In this document: positions 27,516 to 36,834 of the stretch, piece by piece
How positions within the stretch are numbered: position 1 is the stretch's first letter
Layout of the letters: each line of letters opens with the position of its first letter
DNA from: Salinispira sp.
Lineage (GTDB): Bacteria > Spirochaetota > Spirochaetia > DSM-27196 > Salinispiraceae
Assembly: GCA_965602015.1 (NCBI GenBank)
Contig: OZ271918.1
Coordinates: 2,304,001 to 2,368,000, forward strand
Length of the DNA stretch: 64,000 nt
Direction of reading: 5' to 3'
Notes under the pieces: model-generated
What the model saw: only the letters and a program-made list of their open reading frames with translations
Databases searched by the model: none
Told to the model about the DNA's origin: nothing
Translations under genes and position numbers: made by a program

Positions 27516-28075
27516 CCCGCGGGGAATGGCGTTTTAAACTGGCGGGGTTTGTCATACTCATCGCCACCATTATTTTTGCCTTGATAAACGCCGGGGAAAT
27601 CCTTGGAAGGGTCATTCTCCCCCTGGCTCTTGGCGTCATTCAGCTCCTGCGTATTCTCAATTCGGTGCCCCAAACGTTCTGGTGGACCAGCGGCGGCCTG
27701 GTTGCCGTCGGGTTCCTGGCGGCGAGCCTTCGCATAAGCAATCTGAGATCGGGAAGGCGCAGCTACTCGGAGGGCCGCCGGGCTCGAACCGCCGCACTGG
27801 AAGAGCTTATGGGCGACAGTCAAAGCGAGTTTTCGAGAAAAAAAATCGCTCACATCCTCATCAATCTGTATTTGGCGAACCGCGGCGAGGATGAAATCAA
27901 CATACATCAATGCGATGCCTGGATAGCCGGACCGTCGGCTCCCCGGGAATTGCAGCATTTTTACGGCGAATTCGTCGGCAATACGACCGCCGGGAGGGAT
28001 GAAGCAGGTATCCGTTACGCGCTGGAAGAACCGCTGGCATTCATCCGATCCTGCATTGAAGGAGAGCATTCGTGA
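27512..28075 (+). CDS. Hypothetical membrane protein of the MoxR cluster
   Basis: Overlapping start/stop with both neighbours; two hydrophobic segments. Confidence 0.65.
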   Translation: MTRGEWRFKLAGFVILIATIIFALINAGEILGRVILPLALGVIQLLRILNSVPQTFWWTSGGLVAVGFLAASLRISNLRSGRRSYSEGRRARTAALEELMGDSQSEFSRKKIAHILINLYLANRGEDEINIHQCDAWIAGPSAPRELQHFYGEFVGNTTAGRDEAGIRYALEEPLAFIRSCIEGEHS

Positions 28076-29025
28076 AGAACACTAAAACGGGGATCGACAA
28101 AATTGTCCACGAAGTAGAAACGGCCGTCATCGGTAAGGGAGAGGTGTTGCGCAAGCTGCTTGCGGCGGTGCTCTGCGGCGGTCATGTGCTTTTTGAAGAC
28201 TATCCGGGTCTGGCAAAAACCCTCATGGCCAATAGCCTGGCCCGGGCCCTCGGTATTGAGTTTCGTCGCATCCAATTCACCCCCGACCTGCTTCCCGGCG
28301 ATATTACCGGGGGCTATGTCTTTGACAGGGAATCCGGCCGCTTCGACCTGCGAAAGGGTCCGATCTTCACCAATGTTCTCTTGGCTGATGAGATCAACCG
28401 GGCTTCTCCGAAAACCCAGTCCGCGCTTCTGGAGGCGATGCAGGAAGGACAGGTGACAATAGAAGGAGACAGTTTTCCCCTTCCCCGTCCGTTTTTGGTC
28501 ATCGCTACCCAGAACCCGGTGGAGTACGAGGGCACCTTTCCACTCCCGGAAGCCCAGCTGGACCGTTTTATGATCCGCCTGGCTATGGGATACCCCGAGC
28601 CCGATGACGAAAAGGAAATTCTCTCCCGGCGGAGAACCCGTCGGCGGGATGAGGTTGAAATAAGACGGGTCGTGGAGGCCGAAGAGCTTAGCGGTCTGAG
28701 CGAGAGGGTGGAAAATGTCCATCTCGACGATGACCTTGAGGATTACATCGTACGCATAATTTCCGCGACCCGGAAAGATCAGCGCATCAGGGTCGGATCG
28801 AGCCCCAGGGGTTCCCTGGCGCTCATGCGACTGGCTATGGCGCAGGCAATGATGGATGGCCGGGACTATGTGCTTCCCGATGATATAAAAGGCTTTGCCG
28901 TTGCCGCCCTTGCTCACCGGGTTATGCTCGAACCCGATTATTGGATGCGGGAGAACGCCGCCCAGGACATTATCAGCGGCATCGTCAACCAGGTACCGGT
29001 TCCCGTGAGACAGGAGCAGCGGTGA
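28072..29025 (+). CDS. moxR: MoxR-family AAA+ ATPase
   Basis: EDYPGLAKT, RIQFTPDLLPGD, LADEINRASPKTQSALLEAM, ATQNPVE, LPEAQLDRF. Confidence 0.96.
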   Translation: MKNTKTGIDKIVHEVETAVIGKGEVLRKLLAAVLCGGHVLFEDYPGLAKTLMANSLARALGIEFRRIQFTPDLLPGDITGGYVFDRESGRFDLRKGPIFTNVLLADEINRASPKTQSALLEAMQEGQVTIEGDSFPLPRPFLVIATQNPVEYEGTFPLPEAQLDRFMIRLAMGYPEPDDEKEILSRRRTRRRDEVEIRRVVEAEELSGLSERVENVHLDDDLEDYIVRIISATRKDQRIRVGSSPRGSLALMRLAMAQAMMDGRDYVLPDDIKGFAVAALAHRVMLEPDYWMRENAAQDIISGIVNQVPVPVRQEQR

Positions 29026-30293
29026 ACCGGAGTCCGGCAGTAATCGTCAGCATTATTTTGGTTTTCGCCGCCGCCCTGTTTGCCCGGCGAGGGGAAATAC
29101 TCTCGGCTATTCTGCCCTTCTTGCTGCACTTTCTTCCGGCTAAGCGGGTCAAACCACAAGCCGCCGGGCTTATACTTCGACGAATCGCAGAAAAAAACCG
29201 GGTTCAGGCCGGCGAAGAGCTGACCCTCCGACTGGACATTCATTGCGGTCCCAATCCCCTTGCGCTAACCATAGACGAATTGCTCCCCCGGGGGCTTGAA
29301 GTGGTCAGCGGCGAAGCGTCTGTCCTTGCGGCCCTAAAAGCCGGAGAAACCATATCGCTGGAGTACACCCTGCGATGCAGCCGGGGCATATTCCCCCTCC
29401 CGCCGCCGAAATGCACGATCCGCCCTCACTGGGGCCTGGCCAGAATCAACGCCAACACAGTCCTCAGCGACGACAGCATCACCGAAATCGTCGCGGTACC
29501 CCGCCACATAAACATCAAGAGCCTGCCGATTTCGGTGAGGAAAACCCTGGTGTACGCGGGTCTCAATCCCTCCAGGAGGGGGGGCGACGGAGTCTACTTC
29601 CACGATCTGCGGGAGTATCAAAGCGGCGATTCCCTGCGGCGGATCCACTGGCCTTCGGTGGCCCGGCACCCGGATCAGCTGATCACCGCGGAGTTCGAGC
29701 AGGAGCGGGTTTCGGATATCGGAATCATACTCGACGCCAGGGAGGACAGCTACCGGTGGCTCGGCTATGCCCGCCATCTCGAGTACGGAATCTCCATGGC
29801 ATCAGCCATGGCCCAGCTCCTTTTGGACATGCAGAACCGGGTCGGCCTCATGGTTTACGGAAAATACCTGAATTTTACCGTGCCGGGCTACGGGAAACTC
29901 CAGGGTGAACGAATCAGGCGCTCCCTGGCCATTGCCGAAACCGGCGACCACTCGGTGTTTAAAAGCCTGGACAATCTCCCGGTGAATCTTTTTCCCCAGC
30001 GGAGCCAGTTGATATTCGTCAGTCCCCTTATGCCCGGCGACGGCGACACCCTGAGGCGGCTGAAAGGCAGGGGCTATTCTGTGCTGGTCATCTCCCCGGA
30101 CTGTTTATCCATCGACGCCGCCGAAGAGAATAGCAGCGCAGCGGCCATCGCCGCCCTTGAGCGCCGTCAGCTCATCCACCGGCTGGAGCGCTGGGGCGTA
30201 ACGGTAATCGACTGGAATCTGAACATGACCATTGAACAGACTATTGTCGGCGCCTCGGGAAGGCTCAGGCGCATGAGCGGGAGGGGAATATGA
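29022..30293 (+). CDS. DUF58 domain protein
   Basis: FHDLREYQSGDSLRRIHW, EFEQE, RVGL; GTG 29022 overlaps the moxR stop. Confidence 0.9.
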   Translation: MNRSPAVIVSIILVFAAALFARRGEILSAILPFLLHFLPAKRVKPQAAGLILRRIAEKNRVQAGEELTLRLDIHCGPNPLALTIDELLPRGLEVVSGEASVLAALKAGETISLEYTLRCSRGIFPLPPPKCTIRPHWGLARINANTVLSDDSITEIVAVPRHINIKSLPISVRKTLVYAGLNPSRRGGDGVYFHDLREYQSGDSLRRIHWPSVARHPDQLITAEFEQERVSDIGIILDAREDSYRWLGYARHLEYGISMASAMAQLLLDMQNRVGLMVYGKYLNFTVPGYGKLQGERIRRSLAIAETGDHSVFKSLDNLPVNLFPQRSQLIFVSPLMPGDGDTLRRLKGRGYSVLVISPDCLSIDAAEENSSAAAIAALERRQLIHRLERWGVTVIDWNLNMTIEQTIVGASGRLRRMSGRGI

Positions 30294-30772
30294 TAGCACC
30301 GGTCCGTCACGGCGCGATCGCCCTTCTCACCCTCGTCCTCCCCGCATCTCTCGCTATCGGCGGAAATGCCGCCGCTATCGCCTTGGCGGCGGGAGTTCCG
30401 CTCTTCTGGCTGCTCGCCGGCCGCCGCCTGCCGATGATGCAGCTGTTTGCCCTGCCGCTGTGCAGCTTCCTTTTGCTCCTGGGCTTTCTCTACGGCAATG
30501 GTGCAGGTATTCAATACCTGATTCTCGTATTGCTGAGCGCGGTATGGGACCTTGATGACCTGTACCGGGAGTCGGTAACCCGGAACAGGATTCACAATGC
30601 AGTCCGCCTTCTGACTATGGCCGCTCTTCGGGCTCTTGGCGCTGGGGGCATACTCGCCTCGGCATTCGGGATCTCTTCACTCATTGATCTGAACCCGGGC
30701 TTCTGGCCGCTTTTGGCCGGGGTGCTGCTCCTGGCGCTCCTGTTCAAACGCATATTTGCCCGCGCCGGATAG
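30290..30772 (+). CDS. Hypothetical membrane protein
   Basis: Highly hydrophobic, AVWDL motif, coupled to the DUF58 gene. Confidence 0.65.
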   Translation: MIAPVRHGAIALLTLVLPASLAIGGNAAAIALAAGVPLFWLLAGRRLPMMQLFALPLCSFLLLLGFLYGNGAGIQYLILVLLSAVWDLDDLYRESVTRNRIHNAVRLLTMAALRALGAGGILASAFGISSLIDLNPGFWPLLAGVLLLALLFKRIFARAG

Positions 30773-30858
30773 TAATGCAAACGTCATTGAATAAAAATAC
30801 CGCAGACCATGAGATCCTCGTTGCACAACGGACCTCCCTGGAATAGATTAGATAATCT

Positions 30859-31809
30859 ATGAGCGAGCACATTCAAAACACCCCCGATCAGATAATGATC
30901 AGGGCGGGTAAACTGACAAAAACCTTCGGGGAACTCACCGCCGTCGACCAGGTCGACTTCGAAATCAGAAAGGGCGAATCATTTGGTCTCCTGGGGCCCA
31001 ACGGCGCAGGCAAATCGACCACCATGAGGATGATCGCATGCGTATCGAAACGCAGCAGCGGAAATCTGACCATCCTGGACCGGGATCCCGATGCCGAAGG
31101 TCCGGATATCCGGGCGCACCTGGGCGTCGTTCCCCAGACCGATAATCTCGACATGGATATCAAGGTGGTGGACAACCTCTACGTGTACGGGAGGTACTTC
31201 GGTCTTCCCGGCTCCTTCCTCCGGGAGAAAAGCCGCGACCTTCTGGAGTTCGCCCAGTTGACCGAAAAGGCCGATGAGAAGGTTGATAACCTCTCCGGCG
31301 GCATGAAACGGAGACTGACCATCGCCAGGGCACTGGTAAATGAGCCGGATATTCTCATGCTCGATGAGCCCACCACCGGCCTTGACCCCCAGGCCCGCCA
31401 CATCCTCTGGGACCGGCTCTTTCGTCTCAAGGAAGAGGGGGTCACCCTGGTAATCACCACCCACTACATGGATGAGGCTGAACAGCTCTGCGACCGGCTG
31501 GTGGTTATGGACAAGGGCAAAATCATGGCCGAGGGAAGCCCCGCCGAACTCATACGCCGTTACTCGAGCAAGGAAGTGGTTGAACTGCGTTTTGGCTCGG
31601 GAAAAAATGAGGAAAACGCACAGCGTCTTGAAGGCCGAGGCGACCGGATAGAGGTCCTCCCCGACCGCATTCTGATTTACACCCCGGACGGCGAGGCGGA
31701 GCTGGAGGACATCGTCAAATCGGGTTTTCACCCGAGGACAAGCCTCGTCAGGCGTTCGAGCCTGGAGGACGTCTTTCTCCGTTTGACCGGCAGGAGTCTC
31801 ATAGAATGA
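30859..31809 (+). CDS. ABC exporter ATP-binding protein, NodI-like
   Basis: GPNGAGKST, LSGGMKRRL, LDEPTTGLDPQARH, TTHYMDEAEQLCD. Confidence 0.93.
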   Translation: MSEHIQNTPDQIMIRAGKLTKTFGELTAVDQVDFEIRKGESFGLLGPNGAGKSTTMRMIACVSKRSSGNLTILDRDPDAEGPDIRAHLGVVPQTDNLDMDIKVVDNLYVYGRYFGLPGSFLREKSRDLLEFAQLTEKADEKVDNLSGGMKRRLTIARALVNEPDILMLDEPTTGLDPQARHILWDRLFRLKEEGVTLVITTHYMDEAEQLCDRLVVMDKGKIMAEGSPAELIRRYSSKEVVELRFGSGKNEENAQRLEGRGDRIEVLPDRILIYTPDGEAELEDIVKSGFHPRTSLVRRSSLEDVFLRLTGRSLIE

Positions 31810-32777
31810 AACGCGACGAATCCCTTCCGGTATCAAGCTCTCCGCCTCCCCAGGCACATCCCGAAGACCAGGCCATGGCCGCCGAACAGGACCAGTTCGC
31901 CTCCAAAAATCTCAGCCCCGAAGCCACGGCACTGGAGCATCGGGCGCACAGCGGGGCACGGGACCATTTCGGGCAGGAGCGCAGCGCACGAACTCGGGCC
32001 CGGGGAAGCTGGTATGTGACCGAACACCGGCTGCTAACCATGAAAAGCTACATGTACACCATACTCGCCTCAAGCGTGTTTAATCCCCTCATGTATCTGT
32101 TCGCGCTGGGGCTGGGGATAGGCAGTTACATCGACGGCGAGTCAGGGGGAAACGTGCTGTACGGGGTGAGCTACCTGAGCTTCGTGGGGCCAGCCCTCCT
32201 GGCGAGCGCCGCGGTAACCGGGGCGTTTGAGGAAACCACCTTCCCGGTAATGGCGGGTTTTCGCTGGACCAAAGAGTTTTACGCAATGCACGCCACACCG
32301 CTTCAGCCCTATCAAATTGCAAACGGCGTGCTCATCGCCGCGAGTATCCGAATCGTGTTTACCGTCACCATGTTCTGGACCATGCTCCAGCTGTTCGGGG
32401 CTCTGACTTCGCCCCGGGCGCTTTTGGCCATTCCCATCGCAGTGCTCACCGGTCTCGGCATCGGTTCTATTATGTCAGCCCTGGCGGCGAGCCTCACCGA
32501 TGACGACGGCTGGTTCGTCATGATAAACCGCTTTGTCATCGCCCCTATGTTTCTCTTCTCGGGAACCTTTTATCCCCTGGACCAGATGCCCATATATCTT
32601 CGCTGGATAGGGTGGATCAGTCCGCTGTGGCACGGCACCGATCTGGGCCGCTGGGCGGCCTTTGGTATGGAGATGTCGCCCCAGCGGCTGATTTGGCATG
32701 TATCCTATCTGATCCTGCTGTTCGCCCTGGGGCTGGTGCTTATGTGGCGTCAATTTGAGAAGAGGCTGATCGAATGA
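31806..32777 (+). CDS. ABC-2 permease, NodJ-like
   Basis: PLMYLFALGLGIG, PMFLFSGTFYP, SPLWHG. Confidence 0.9.
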   Translation: MKRDESLPVSSSPPPQAHPEDQAMAAEQDQFASKNLSPEATALEHRAHSGARDHFGQERSARTRARGSWYVTEHRLLTMKSYMYTILASSVFNPLMYLFALGLGIGSYIDGESGGNVLYGVSYLSFVGPALLASAAVTGAFEETTFPVMAGFRWTKEFYAMHATPLQPYQIANGVLIAASIRIVFTVTMFWTMLQLFGALTSPRALLAIPIAVLTGLGIGSIMSALAASLTDDDGWFVMINRFVIAPMFLFSGTFYPLDQMPIYLRWIGWISPLWHGTDLGRWAAFGMEMSPQRLIWHVSYLILLFALGLVLMWRQFEKRLIE

Positions 32778-33625
32778 GTACAGAACAGCAAAACACAATA
32801 CAGACCGGGAGAAAGAGAGCCATCCCGCGCCGGTATCAGGGTCCGCTCTCCCGGTATTTTTCCGGCAGACCTCACACCGTGGTACTCAGGTCTCTATTCG
32901 CCCTGAAGACCTCGTCCTGGTACATCGTCATATCGGGATTTTTCGAACCGGTGTTCTACCTGCTTGCATTCGGGCTTGGGGTGGGTCAGCTCATCGGAGA
33001 CGTCGAGGGTCCCGCCGGCCAGGCAGTGAGTTACGCGTCGTTTATTGCCCCCGCCCTTCTTGCAACATCGGCGATGAACGGGGCGATTTACGATTCAACC
33101 TGGAATGTGTTTTTTAAGATGAAATTCGGCAAGCTCTACGAGGGCATGGTGGCTACCAGCCTCGGCACCCTGGACATAGCCCTGGGGGAGATCATCTACG
33201 CCCTGCTCAGGGGACTGGTTTATTCCATGGCGTTTATGGTGGTGATGTATGCTCTGGGCCTGGTGGTGGCCCCGTTTGGATTCCTGGCGATTCCAGCGGC
33301 CCTGCTCATCGCCTTCGGCTTCTCAGCCTGCGGGATGGCGGTCACCAGCTACATGAGCACATTCCAGCAGATGGACTGGATCAACTTCTTTCTTCTGCCG
33401 ATGTTCCTGTTTTCCGCAACCTTTTACCCCATCACCGTCTATCCGCCGCTGATACAGCTCCTTATCAAACTATTCCCGCTTTGGCACGGCGTGGAGCTCA
33501 TTCGCGGTCTGACCCTGGGTCCCGTCGGGCCGGAGATACTCGGCCATGCGGGATACTTCGGCGTCATGATCATTATCGGACTCACGGTGACGACCCGGCG
33601 GCTTACCCGGCTGTTCATGCGTTAA
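32774..33625 (+). CDS. ABC-2 permease, NodJ-like
   Basis: FFEPVFYLLAFGLG, FIAPALLA, PMFLFSATFYP, PLWHGV. Confidence 0.9.
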   Translation: MSTEQQNTIQTGRKRAIPRRYQGPLSRYFSGRPHTVVLRSLFALKTSSWYIVISGFFEPVFYLLAFGLGVGQLIGDVEGPAGQAVSYASFIAPALLATSAMNGAIYDSTWNVFFKMKFGKLYEGMVATSLGTLDIALGEIIYALLRGLVYSMAFMVVMYALGLVVAPFGFLAIPAALLIAFGFSACGMAVTSYMSTFQQMDWINFFLLPMFLFSATFYPITVYPPLIQLLIKLFPLWHGVELIRGLTLGPVGPEILGHAGYFGVMIIIGLTVTTRRLTRLFMR

Positions 33626-33666
33626 TCAGATGGAGCCCGGTGGAACAGCTATTGCTCCCGGCATCC

Positions 33667-34854
33667 TTAGTCCCCGGCTTGAACTGTTTGATTCCGGGGA
33701 ATGAAGCCAAGGGCAAAACTTCCCAATGCCACAAGCGGCAGGATGGAAATATAAATCAGCAACTGATTGTATGAACCGGCGGCATCGTAGAGAACCCCGC
33801 CGAGTACCGGTCCGATAAGAGCAGCCAATCCGTAGGCGGTAAAAATCATCGGATAGACAGTGCTAATCGCCCCATCTCCGAAATGGTGCTCACAGAATGA
33901 ACCGTAGAGCACAAGCGACGCGCCGAACTGAAAACCCGTAAGAAAAACACCGGTAAAAAACAGCAGGGGAATTCCGTTGGAAAAGAGAATAAGGACAAAA
34001 CCCAGAAGCATGAGCACCAGGCTAACGGGAATGGCGCGGATGCCTATCCTGTCCATCATGCTACCCCAAATAAGACGGCCGCTTGAGTTTCCCAGTGCGA
34101 GAACACTGATGCCAATGGCGGAAACCGCTGCAAAACCCAATTCGTTGCCCAGGCTGACCACGCTTCCAATAATAATCAGCCCCCCGAGGGTAGCGGTAAA
34201 CATCGTCGCATAAAGACTCCAGAAAGAACCGTCGCGCATGAGTTGACCCACCGGGATTGGCGCGGGGCGGGTGCCGGTTTGGATTTGCAGTTTCATAGCC
34301 TGGGGATATTCCTGTACAGATGAGGCCAGAAGAAGCACCGCCGCTCCGATTCCTGCAAACAGGGGGAACATATCAAGAACCGAGACGCCGGAAGCATCCA
34401 GACTCCTGACCAGCCAGGATGCGAGAATGGCCCCGCCGCCGAAGCCCATAACAGCCAGACCGGTAACCGTTCCCTTGATATTCGGAAAATGTGCGGTAGC
34501 GGTAGAAAGCGGGACAACATAGCCCGCCGCGATTCCAAGTCCCAGGAGCAGGCCCAGGCTGACAAGAAGGATTGGATACGAGCCTCCGCTGATGCCCGCA
34601 ATTAGGTAGGATGACCCGAACAGCAGCGCAGAAATAGCCGTTGAAATCCTGGGGCCGATACGCCTGAGCATTCGACCGAAAAAGATGGTTCCCGCTGCGA
34701 ATACCCCAATGGCCGTCCCGTAAATGCTCTGGGCCTGGGCTGCGCTGAGTCCGACTGAGTCGCTTAATAATTCGGCTATGGCAGACCAGGCATAAATTGA
34801 ACCCAAAATCAACTGAATGGCCACTCCGGAAATCAGAACCAGATACTTCTTCAC
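33667..34854 (-). CDS. MFS transporter, oxalate/formate antiporter (OFA)-like
   Basis: LGSIYAWS, KGTVTGLAVMGFGGG, NSSGRLIWG; about 12 hydrophobic segments. Confidence 0.85.
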   Translation of the reverse strand: MKKYLVLISGVAIQLILGSIYAWSAIAELLSDSVGLSAAQAQSIYGTAIGVFAAGTIFFGRMLRRIGPRISTAISALLFGSSYLIAGISGGSYPILLVSLGLLLGLGIAAGYVVPLSTATAHFPNIKGTVTGLAVMGFGGGAILASWLVRSLDASGVSVLDMFPLFAGIGAAVLLLASSVQEYPQAMKLQIQTGTRPAPIPVGQLMRDGSFWSLYATMFTATLGGLIIIGSVVSLGNELGFAAVSAIGISVLALGNSSGRLIWGSMMDRIGIRAIPVSLVLMLLGFVLILFSNGIPLLFFTGVFLTGFQFGASLVLYGSFCEHHFGDGAISTVYPMIFTAYGLAALIGPVLGGVLYDAAGSYNQLLIYISILPLVALGSFALGFIPRNQTVQAGD

Positions 34855-35168
34855 TATACCCCTCCCTTTCGGGGAAAATAGCTTCCGATAAAATCCAGAA
34901 GCTCTCCTACTGTTTTATGCGACTCCGCCTGATGCCTGAGCCTGACGTCCCTGTTGACCGTATAATGATTTCTGCGGCCCCGGCGGCTGATCTCAATCAC
35001 CTTAATATCCACCAGTTCCCGGACTATCCGTTGCACCGCCCGCTCGGTGATTCCCACCTCTTCCGCGACTTCCCGCATTGAAATATTTGAGTCATGAGCG
35101 AGATAGAACAGGACATGCGAGTGGTTGGTAAAGAACGTCCATGAATGATGATTCGCGAATTTATTCAC
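34854..35168 (-). CDS. Small winged helix-turn-helix regulator
   Basis: WTFFTNHSHVL, REVAEEVGITERAVQRIV, RRGRRNHY. Confidence 0.85.
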   Translation of the reverse strand: MNKFANHHSWTFFTNHSHVLFYLAHDSNISMREVAEEVGITERAVQRIVRELVDIKVIEISRRGRRNHYTVNRDVRLRHQAESHKTVGELLDFIGSYFPRKGGV

Positions 35169-35199
35169 GCGAATTGTATATCACGAATTTTTTTTCGTG
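35154..35199. promoter_or_regulatory. Candidate autoregulatory operator of the wHTH-MFS pair
   Basis: CRCGAATT at 35154, 35168 and 35182 (14-bp period); the last forms the palindrome CACGAA-N6-TTCGTG. Confidence 0.55.
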
Positions 35200-35300
35200 T
35201 ATAGCAATTCGCCATTAGGTTTTCCCGATTTTCTTTTCGTCCTTTTTTGTCATGGCTTGAGTTTCTTGCCACGGGCACACAGGGGCGCTATATTTTCTGT

Positions 35301-35618
35301 ATGCAAAAGGCCCTCCCAAAATCGTTTTTTGATCTCATCAGTGCGTCGGATAAGCCGGTACTGGTAGATTTTTATGCGGACTGGTGCGGTCCATGCAAAA
35401 TGGTTTCCCCGGTAATCAAGCGCCTGGCCGGCGAGTTTAAGGGGCGGATTTTAACTATCAAAGTCGATGTGGACAAAAAGCCCGAAGTAGCCAATCGGTA
35501 CCAGATCACCAGTATTCCCACCATCATGCTCTTCAAGGACGGAAGGCCGTCCATGCGGATTCAAGGCGCCCAACCCTATTCCGCCATCAAGAATCAGTTG
35601 CAAAAGGCCTTGATGTAA
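35301..35618 (+). CDS. trxA: Thioredoxin
   Basis: VLVDFYADWCGPCK, SIPT. Confidence 0.95.
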   Translation: MQKALPKSFFDLISASDKPVLVDFYADWCGPCKMVSPVIKRLAGEFKGRILTIKVDVDKKPEVANRYQITSIPTIMLFKDGRPSMRIQGAQPYSAIKNQLQKALM

Positions 35619-35693
35619 AATAATCCTGCGATTCTTTCGTACGCCCACCAAACATCATCTTCCATGCTACAATGCCAAAAAAGGGGAGATGCA

Positions 35694-36410
35694 ATGGACG
35701 TAACTAACCTCAAATCTAATTGGGAACTGGAAGTAGAATCCGATCAGAGCATGGGCAAGGATATGCCGTCGTTTCAGAAGGAACCGCGGGAATCCGCATC
35801 GCTCATAGACCTTCCGGAGCCTGACTGGAGTCAGTTTCGCGGAACAGATCTTGTCGATGCCCTCCTGGCAAGGAGAAGCGAGCGCAAATTCACCGATTCT
35901 CCGCTGAGCATTAATGAAATGAGCTGGCTGCTCTTCGCGACCCAGGGTGTGCAAAAGGAGCTAAAACGGGGAAGCTTTCGAACAAGTCCGTCAGCCGGCG
36001 CCCGCCACCCCTTCGAAACCTACATTGCAGTACTGAACATCAGCGGCCTGGAAAATGGCCTCTATCGTTATCTCCCGTACGGTCACAAGTTGGAGCTTAT
36101 CAGTCAGAGAGAGGATTTGCGGTCGGCGGCGGAATCGGCGCTGAATGGCCAGGGTTGGAACGCGCCGCTTATTATGTATTGGACTGCAGTTGCATACCGC
36201 ACTCACTGGCGTTACCCCGGCCGAATGCCCAAGCTTATTGCGCTTGATGCGGGTCATCTGTGCCAAAATCTCTACCTTGCCTGCGGCGCCATCGGTTGTG
36301 GAACCTGCGCCATAGGCGCATATGACCAAGCTCTGGGAGATGCCCTCCTGGGAGTGGATGGAAAAACAGAACTGCTGGTATATGCGGCACCAGTGGGCAA
36401 AATTCGATAG
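35694..36410 (+). CDS. SagB/ThcOx-like nitroreductase-family protein
   Basis: RRSERKF, SPSAGARHPFETY, DAGHLCQNLYL, IGAYD. Confidence 0.9.
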   Translation: MDVTNLKSNWELEVESDQSMGKDMPSFQKEPRESASLIDLPEPDWSQFRGTDLVDALLARRSERKFTDSPLSINEMSWLLFATQGVQKELKRGSFRTSPSAGARHPFETYIAVLNISGLENGLYRYLPYGHKLELISQREDLRSAAESALNGQGWNAPLIMYWTAVAYRTHWRYPGRMPKLIALDAGHLCQNLYLACGAIGCGTCAIGAYDQALGDALLGVDGKTELLVYAAPVGKIR

Positions 36411-36415
36411 CATCC

Positions 36416-36769
36416 ATGCGCGGAGGAATCGTTTTTTTCAGAACCCGGCAGTTAGATGTAATTTCCCGTTTTTATCGGGAAGAAATCGGCTGCGAACTTT
36501 GGCTCGATCAGGGCGGATGCCATATTTTTAAATTCGGTAATATGCTTTTTGGCCTCTGCCAACGCAAGGAAACGGATAACCAGGGAATAGTAACCTTTGT
36601 TTTCCCCAACAAAAAATCCGTCGATTCAATGTACTCCCGGCTCTCACAAATCGCAGACGAGGCTCCGAGAGACAATGCTGACTATCGAATCTACCACTTT
36701 TTTGCCCGGGATCCCGACGGGCGGGCAATCGAGTTTCAATACTTCTGGGATGAAATGCCGGGCGTTTAA
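36416..36769 (+). CDS. VOC/glyoxalase family protein
   Basis: FYREEIG, FFARDPDGRAIEFQ. Confidence 0.85.
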   Translation: MRGGIVFFRTRQLDVISRFYREEIGCELWLDQGGCHIFKFGNMLFGLCQRKETDNQGIVTFVFPNKKSVDSMYSRLSQIADEAPRDNADYRIYHFFARDPDGRAIEFQYFWDEMPGV

Positions 36770-36834
36770 TCGCCTCGTGGTTATTTCGCCATTCGGCGAC
36801 CGCATTCCGACTGGCAACCCGTATTTCCGCTTAA

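Noticed and set aside
22372..31857. Long antisense ORFs (22372-23295, 25450-26394, 27269-28069, 28015-28917, 30979-31857)
   Set aside because: Each fully overlaps a well-supported gene on the other strand; expected with GC-rich codon usage.
30859..33625. Nod factor export function
   Set aside because: No nodABC-like genes; the similarity reflects only the ABC-2 exporter subfamily.
35694..36410. RiPP (azole) biosynthesis suggested by the SagB-like gene
   Set aside because: No YcaO, precursor peptide or dedicated transporter adjacent; stand-alone SagB-like nitroreductases are common.
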